Assembly: GCA_001783805.1 (NCBI GenBank)
Contig: MFNS01000001.1
Span: forward strand, 649-64,648
Length of the DNA stretch: 64,000 nucleotides
Reading direction: 5' to 3'
Source: Candidatus Levybacteria bacterium RIFCSPHIGHO2_01_FULL_40_16
GTDB taxonomy: Bacteria; Patescibacteriota; Microgenomatia; Levybacterales; UBA12049
Part shown: positions 57,902 to 64,000 of the stretch, in pieces
How the letters are laid out: the number at the start of each line of letters is the position of its first letter
How positions within the stretch are numbered: the stretch's first letter is position 1
Made by a program: the position numbers and the translations under genes
The notes under the pieces: model-generated
Told to the model about the DNA's origin: nothing
The model's input: only the letters and a program-made list of their open reading frames with translations
Database searches by the model: none

Positions 57902-59131
57902 TCAGGGATATATTCCAAAGAGCGGATATATTTCCCAAATGCTGTCTGTGTAGACACAGTTAAATATTACGCCAATTATGATAAGCGTAATTGCGGTTTT
58001 TGATAATTTTGGGGAAAGAGAAGGAATTAAAAGTAAAAAGATAAAAGGAAGAAAATCCAAAGTATAACGGTATCCAATCTGAGCATAGCCTATGCTGTAC
58101 CAAAGGAATACAGGAAACGCCAGCGCAATACTTGCCAAGCTGGCAGAAAGCGTATAAATACCTTTTCTAAATCTGCAAAGCAATAAAAGAAATAGCGGTG
58201 AAGTAAACCAAATGGCTGCTCCCCAGGGATTTAACTTGAGATATGGGAATTTGAGAACGAATCCATCATCGGGATCTTTTAATAATGGCTCAGGGGACAT
58301 AAACAAGAAGCTGTAAAGATTAGTCGGGATATGCATCATACTTGCGTCTCCATATTTGAGATTTGCTCCGATAGGAAGATCGCGGATTGAAATATTATAG
58401 TTATATCCGGTTTCAAAAATTGAATGAAAACGTCGATTATTATATGCGCCCAAAAGAGATAATGCAAGAATAATTGGTATTAACATTATTAAAAATTGTT
58501 TGATAGAAAACCTTTTTTGTATTAATTCGAAAAAGAAAAAAACAACAGCTAGCATTAAAGTAAGTCTCGTCATGGTTGCCAGTCCTATAAATAAGCCGAT
58601 TAATAGCGGATGTTTTTTAGCTAGATATGCCCAAATTGCCAGTAGAATAAATGGTACTCCCAATGCTTCTACTTGATAAGCAGTGATGTTGATTACGCTT
58701 GAGCTAAATAGAACAGTTGAGATAACAAAAAAGAGAGAAAGCCATAATGAATCAAGAGAGCTAAATTTGAATTTTTTCGAGATAAAGTAAACCGCTATAA
58801 AAGATGTGATCATTGATCCTACTCCAATGGTCACTTGCGGAAAAGAATCTTTGAAAAAAAAGGCAAAAGGCATCAGCAGAATTGAAGAAAGAGGACCAAA
58901 ATAGACATAAAAATTGTTGTAGTAAGCAGAAATGTCTCTTATGGGCAAATTATAGATGGGGAGTGCTATGTGACCGTTAACGAATTGATATGAGAGGCTG
59001 ATAAGAACTTTATCGAACCCTCTTTGTCCAACGGTTAGATAAAGATAGGTTGAGTATAAGGAAAATAAAGAAAATAAAACAAAAAGCATTAACTTGCCGT
59101 GGCGTCTTAAAAAAGAAAGAAAATCTTGCAT
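57902..59131 (-). CDS. Polytopic membrane protein (hypothetical, GT-C-like candidate)
   Basis: 409 aa, ~11 TM helices. Confidence 0.5.
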   Translation of the reverse strand: MQDFLSFLRRHGKLMLFVLFSLFSLYSTYLYLTVGQRGFDKVLISLSYQFVNGHIALPIYNLPIRDISAYYNNFYVYFGPLSSILLMPFAFFFKDSFPQVTIGVGSMITSFIAVYFISKKFKFSSLDSLWLSLFFVISTVLFSSSVINITAYQVEALGVPFILLAIWAYLAKKHPLLIGLFIGLATMTRLTLMLAVVFFFFELIQKRFSIKQFLIMLIPIILALSLLGAYNNRRFHSIFETGYNYNISIRDLPIGANLKYGDASMMHIPTNLYSFLFMSPEPLLKDPDDGFVLKFPYLKLNPWGAAIWFTSPLFLLLLCRFRKGIYTLSASLASIALAFPVFLWYSIGYAQIGYRYTLDFLPFIFLLLIPSLSPKLSKTAITLIIIGVIFNCVYTDSIWEIYPLFGIYP

Positions 59132-59252
59132 GAAAAATTAATTATTCTTAGATTGATAATACCAATAATCTGGAAATTTTGATAGATATCTGCTATACCT
59201 TCAAGTATCAGCCTTGATTATTGGGTTCTGAAAACGTATACTTTAGAAGTAA

Positions 59253-61021
<1,769 letters not shown>

Positions 61022-61022
61022 T

Positions 61023-61790
61023 ATGTCTGAAAAAAAAGTTGTTTTAATCACCGGGGGAAATTCTGGATTAGGAAAAATTATTGCCCAAAATTTAATTTCA
61101 AAAGGATATGTAGTGTACGGAACCTCGCGTAATGCTGAATTGCCCAAAATTGCGGGCATGCATTTTTTAAAATTAAATATAACCTCGGATACGGAAACAA
61201 AAGACGCAATTAACGAAATCATAAAGAAGGAAAAACGAATTGACATTATTATCAATAATGCAGGGATAACGTTAACAGGTCCGACGCTTGGATTTTCTGC
61301 AGAAGATTTTAAAAATATTTTGGACACCAACCTTATTGGACCGTTTCGTTTGCTTAAGGCAGCCTTATCGCTTCCAAATAAACCAAAGCTGGTAATAAAT
61401 ATTACATCTCTTAACGGATTTCTATCTTTGCCAAATTTTGGACTATATTGTGCATCTAAATTTGCCATGGAAGGCCTAGGATTGGCGCTTCGATATGAAT
61501 TGGGCCCCTTAACAAAAGTGGTAAATGTTGCGCCTGGGGCTTTATTTATGGAATCAGCAAAAAAAATGCCTCACAAGCCGGCGAGAGAAAAATTTCCATT
61601 ACTAAGTTGGCTAATGCCCCTTACCTTTCCGGAAGATGTTTCGGTAGTGATTGAAAAATTAATTAATGCATCATCTGTGCCCCCAAGAGTTTTAGTTGGT
61701 AGAGATGCTTATATTATTAACTTAATGCAGAAAATACTACCATCCTCAATTTTTGACAGAATAGTGTTTTATATTTGGAGAAAAAAATAA
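61023..61790 (+). CDS. Short-chain dehydrogenase/reductase (SDR)
   Basis: 'KVVLITGGNSGLGK' and 'YCASKFAMEG'. Confidence 0.8.
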   Translation: MSEKKVVLITGGNSGLGKIIAQNLISKGYVVYGTSRNAELPKIAGMHFLKLNITSDTETKDAINEIIKKEKRIDIIINNAGITLTGPTLGFSAEDFKNILDTNLIGPFRLLKAALSLPNKPKLVINITSLNGFLSLPNFGLYCASKFAMEGLGLALRYELGPLTKVVNVAPGALFMESAKKMPHKPAREKFPLLSWLMPLTFPEDVSVVIEKLINASSVPPRVLVGRDAYIINLMQKILPSSIFDRIVFYIWRKK

Positions 61791-61792
61791 CA

Positions 61793-62608
61793 ATGATTAT
61801 AGTTAATCTTACCGGAGGTTTGGGTAACCAAATGTTTCAATATGCATTTGGCAAGGCAATTGCAATTAAGCACAAGACGAGTCTCAAGCTTCACTTTACC
61901 AACGCATTATTTAATACGCAAAGATCTTATGAGCTGGACGTTTTTAACATTTCGGCCGATATAGCAACCGCAGAAAATTTGCGAAAACTTGGTATCATGC
62001 AAAATAACATTATCAATCGTCTTCTATATCTTCTTGATGAAAGGTATGGGATTCAATTCAACAAACATATTGTGACGCAAGGGTATCCATATAATTTTAA
62101 TCCAAGTTATCTTTCTGCAAAAAATGATTCATATATTCAGGGTTACTGGGCGGACGAACGTTATTTTAAGGAAATAGAAGATATAATAAGAAAAGAGTTT
62201 ACGCCAAAGAAAAGACTTGATGAGAGAAATCAAAAAATACTTAGCCTAATACAGACATCGACATCTGTAAGTATTCATGTAAGAAGAGGAGATTACATAA
62301 CTAACAAAGCGAATGTATTGAAATTTATTGGCCTTAATTACTATTTAAATTCTATTAACGAAATTAAAAAGCTAATACCCAATCCTGTATTTTTTGTTTT
62401 TTCCGATGATATTCCATGGTGCAAAAATAACTTAAAACAAATTTTAAATAAAGCTTATTTTATTGATTATAATAAGGGAAAAGAATCTTATAAGGATATT
62501 GTGTTGATGGGCACTTGTAAACACAATATTATTGCTAATAGTACGTTTAGCTGGTGGGGCGGGTGGCTGAATCAAAATATAAACAAGATATGCATTAGAC
62601 CAAACTGA
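61793..62608 (+). CDS. GT11 alpha-1,2-fucosyltransferase
   Basis: 'MIIVNLTGGLGNQMFQYAFG' (GT11 motif I), 'HVRRGDY' and 'NSTFSWWGGWL'. The ORF-track start at 61775 overlaps the SDR, so the ATG at 61793 (immediately after the SDR stop) is preferred. Confidence 0.85.
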   Translation: MIIVNLTGGLGNQMFQYAFGKAIAIKHKTSLKLHFTNALFNTQRSYELDVFNISADIATAENLRKLGIMQNNIINRLLYLLDERYGIQFNKHIVTQGYPYNFNPSYLSAKNDSYIQGYWADERYFKEIEDIIRKEFTPKKRLDERNQKILSLIQTSTSVSIHVRRGDYITNKANVLKFIGLNYYLNSINEIKKLIPNPVFFVFSDDIPWCKNNLKQILNKAYFIDYNKGKESYKDIVLMGTCKHNIIANSTFSWWGGWLNQNINKICIRPN

Positions 62609-62627
62609 CGGTAAGTTTAGATATTTT

Positions 62628-63479
62628 ATGGATATTTTAGATAAAACAAAAACAAAGCTCGACAAAAACGGGATATGGGTAACAAATGTTAGTTTATTAG
62701 AAGAAGAATCGGTGTCTCAAAGCGCTTGGGAAAAAATATATAATTACGATCTTAAAAAACTCGTAAGTAATAGAGAAAGTTTCAATAAAGATAAGTTGGC
62801 CGATCATATAGTCTACATAGACGATTCGTATAAGTTCACATCGCAAACAAACTACTTGGAGATAGGATGCGGACCGGCCTACATAGGTGAGTACCTAATG
62901 AAGACTCATAACTGTTATTTTATTGGAGTAGACTTCAATTACCCTATGTTACTTACACTCAAAAAATATTTCAATACAAAAGGATATAAAAAATATTTGT
63001 TAATTTACGCAGACATAAATGATATGCCGATTAAAAATAATACCATTGATTATATTTACGGAGGGGGAGTCATAGAGCATCTTCCCGACACTAATCATAT
63101 TGTGGAAGAACTTTATCGAGTTCTGAGAAGGGGTGGAGTTGCGTTTAATACCGTTCCGGCATTCTCTTTGTGGTGGATTACGAGATGCTTTAATAACATC
63201 CCTTCTTTAAAAGGAATTAGGAAAATATTTGAATTTATGCACCTTAAGCTTTTAAAAGGCAGAATATTAGAAAAATACTATGGTTATGAGCTTAGCTTTA
63301 CGGTTAACAATTTAAGAAATTTACATAAAAAGAGCGGTTTTTGCGACATAAAAATAGGAGCATTTGCCTTTCATCCGTCGACAAATAAGCTGAAGAATGT
63401 GCTTTTAAGAAATTTATATTATAAAACTCAAACTAGCATTTTTACGACTGCTATGTATTTCGTGTCTGCTAAAAAATAA
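62628..63479 (+). CDS. Class I SAM-dependent methyltransferase
   Basis: 'LEIGCGPAYIGE' motif I and 'GGGVIEHLPD' motif II region. Confidence 0.7.
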   Translation: MDILDKTKTKLDKNGIWVTNVSLLEEESVSQSAWEKIYNYDLKKLVSNRESFNKDKLADHIVYIDDSYKFTSQTNYLEIGCGPAYIGEYLMKTHNCYFIGVDFNYPMLLTLKKYFNTKGYKKYLLIYADINDMPIKNNTIDYIYGGGVIEHLPDTNHIVEELYRVLRRGGVAFNTVPAFSLWWITRCFNNIPSLKGIRKIFEFMHLKLLKGRILEKYYGYELSFTVNNLRNLHKKSGFCDIKIGAFAFHPSTNKLKNVLLRNLYYKTQTSIFTTAMYFVSAKK

Positions 63480-63482
63480 TTT

Positions 63483-64000
63483 ATGAGAATTCTTTACCAA
63501 ATTCCTTCTATTAATACCATTTATGCCGGCAGGACTATATATTACGGTTACAGACATGCATTTGAAGATCTGGGTCACGCATTTCGGCCCTTAACGGCAG
63601 ATGACAATCCGAAAGAAATTCTAACTGAGTTTAAGCCTGACGTCCTCTTTACAAGCCTTAATTCTTATAATTTAAAATACCTTCCTGCAGAGAGTGTAAA
63701 AATATATAAAAAACATGGTACAAAAATATTTGTGAATATTCCTTTTTGGAAGTCTCCAATGTCCAAGCTTCGCATAAATGAGACTCCCAGTATTTCCGAA
63801 AAAGAAGATTACGTAAAATTAATAAAATCAGGGGATTACGGTGATGTTTATTTCAACAACTGTGAGCGGGGCGATTGCAGAATGGAAGATTTTGAAAAAA
63901 CCACCGGATATCGCCATTACACAGTTCTACTAGCTGCCGACAAAACCATTTCTGCTCCAAAGTTTTCAAAAAAGTTCGCTTGCGACGTATCGTTTATTGG
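63483..64000 (+). CDS. Partial CDS (runs off window), possibly CgeB/DUF3880-like glycosyltransferase-associated protein
   Basis: ORF begins with an ATG at 63483 and continues to the window end. Weak family guess only. Confidence 0.35.
   Translation, partial: MRILYQIPSINTIYAGRTIYYGYRHAFEDLGHAFRPLTADDNPKEILTEFKPDVLFTSLNSYNLKYLPAESVKIYKKHGTKIFVNIPFWKSPMSKLRINETPSISEKEDYVKLIKSGDYGDVYFNNCERGDCRMEDFEKTTGYRHYTVLLAADKTISAPKFSKKFACDVSFI

Overview
This is a low-GC, gene-dense bacterial fragment with many 4-28 nt gene overlaps (ATGA type) and no CRISPR array, transposase or integrase. Sequence-wise it looks like a reduced-genome, Patescibacteria/CPR-like (Microgenomates-like) organism; that is inference only.

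The first ~16 kb is housekeeping. It holds a class IIb Asp/Asn-tRNA synthetase, a DacA-like D-Ala-D-Ala carboxypeptidase, gltX, dgkA, a DEAD-box helicase, a GIY-YIG protein, obg, a GNAT, an SNase-like nuclease, corA, lon, tRNA-Gln(CUG) and tRNA-Glu(CUC). The odd item there is a GC-shifted, domain-less 628-aa acidic ORF sitting next to tRNA-Gln.

From ~16.5 kb to the window end (~47 kb) almost every gene belongs to one glycan-biosynthesis super-locus. It contains:
- seven PMT/ArnT-like (GT39/GT83-type, conserved DE loop) polytopic glycosyltransferases, four of them in uninterrupted tandem;
- four YfhO-like GT-C proteins and four other large polytopic membrane proteins;
- five Dpm1/GtrB-like polyprenyl-phosphate sugar synthases (GT2), six Leloir-type GT2s and two GT4s;
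- two Wzx-like flippases, galE, GDP-L-fucose synthase (fcl), a GT11 alpha-1,2-fucosyltransferase and an additional SDR epimerase/dehydratase;
- two SAM-dependent methyltransferases, an RmlC-like cupin and a split (TPP-binding plus truncated Pyr-domain) transketolase pair.

Further points worth a second look:
- three in-frame heptanucleotide tandem repeats inside CDSs, including gltX;
- a ~33-nt nucleotide module shared in-frame by two non-homologous GT-C genes;
- a GC-rich palindrome in an AT-rich divergent intergenic region;
- two apparently leaderless promoters.

All calls come from reading the sequence and the ORF translations. No database searches were run.
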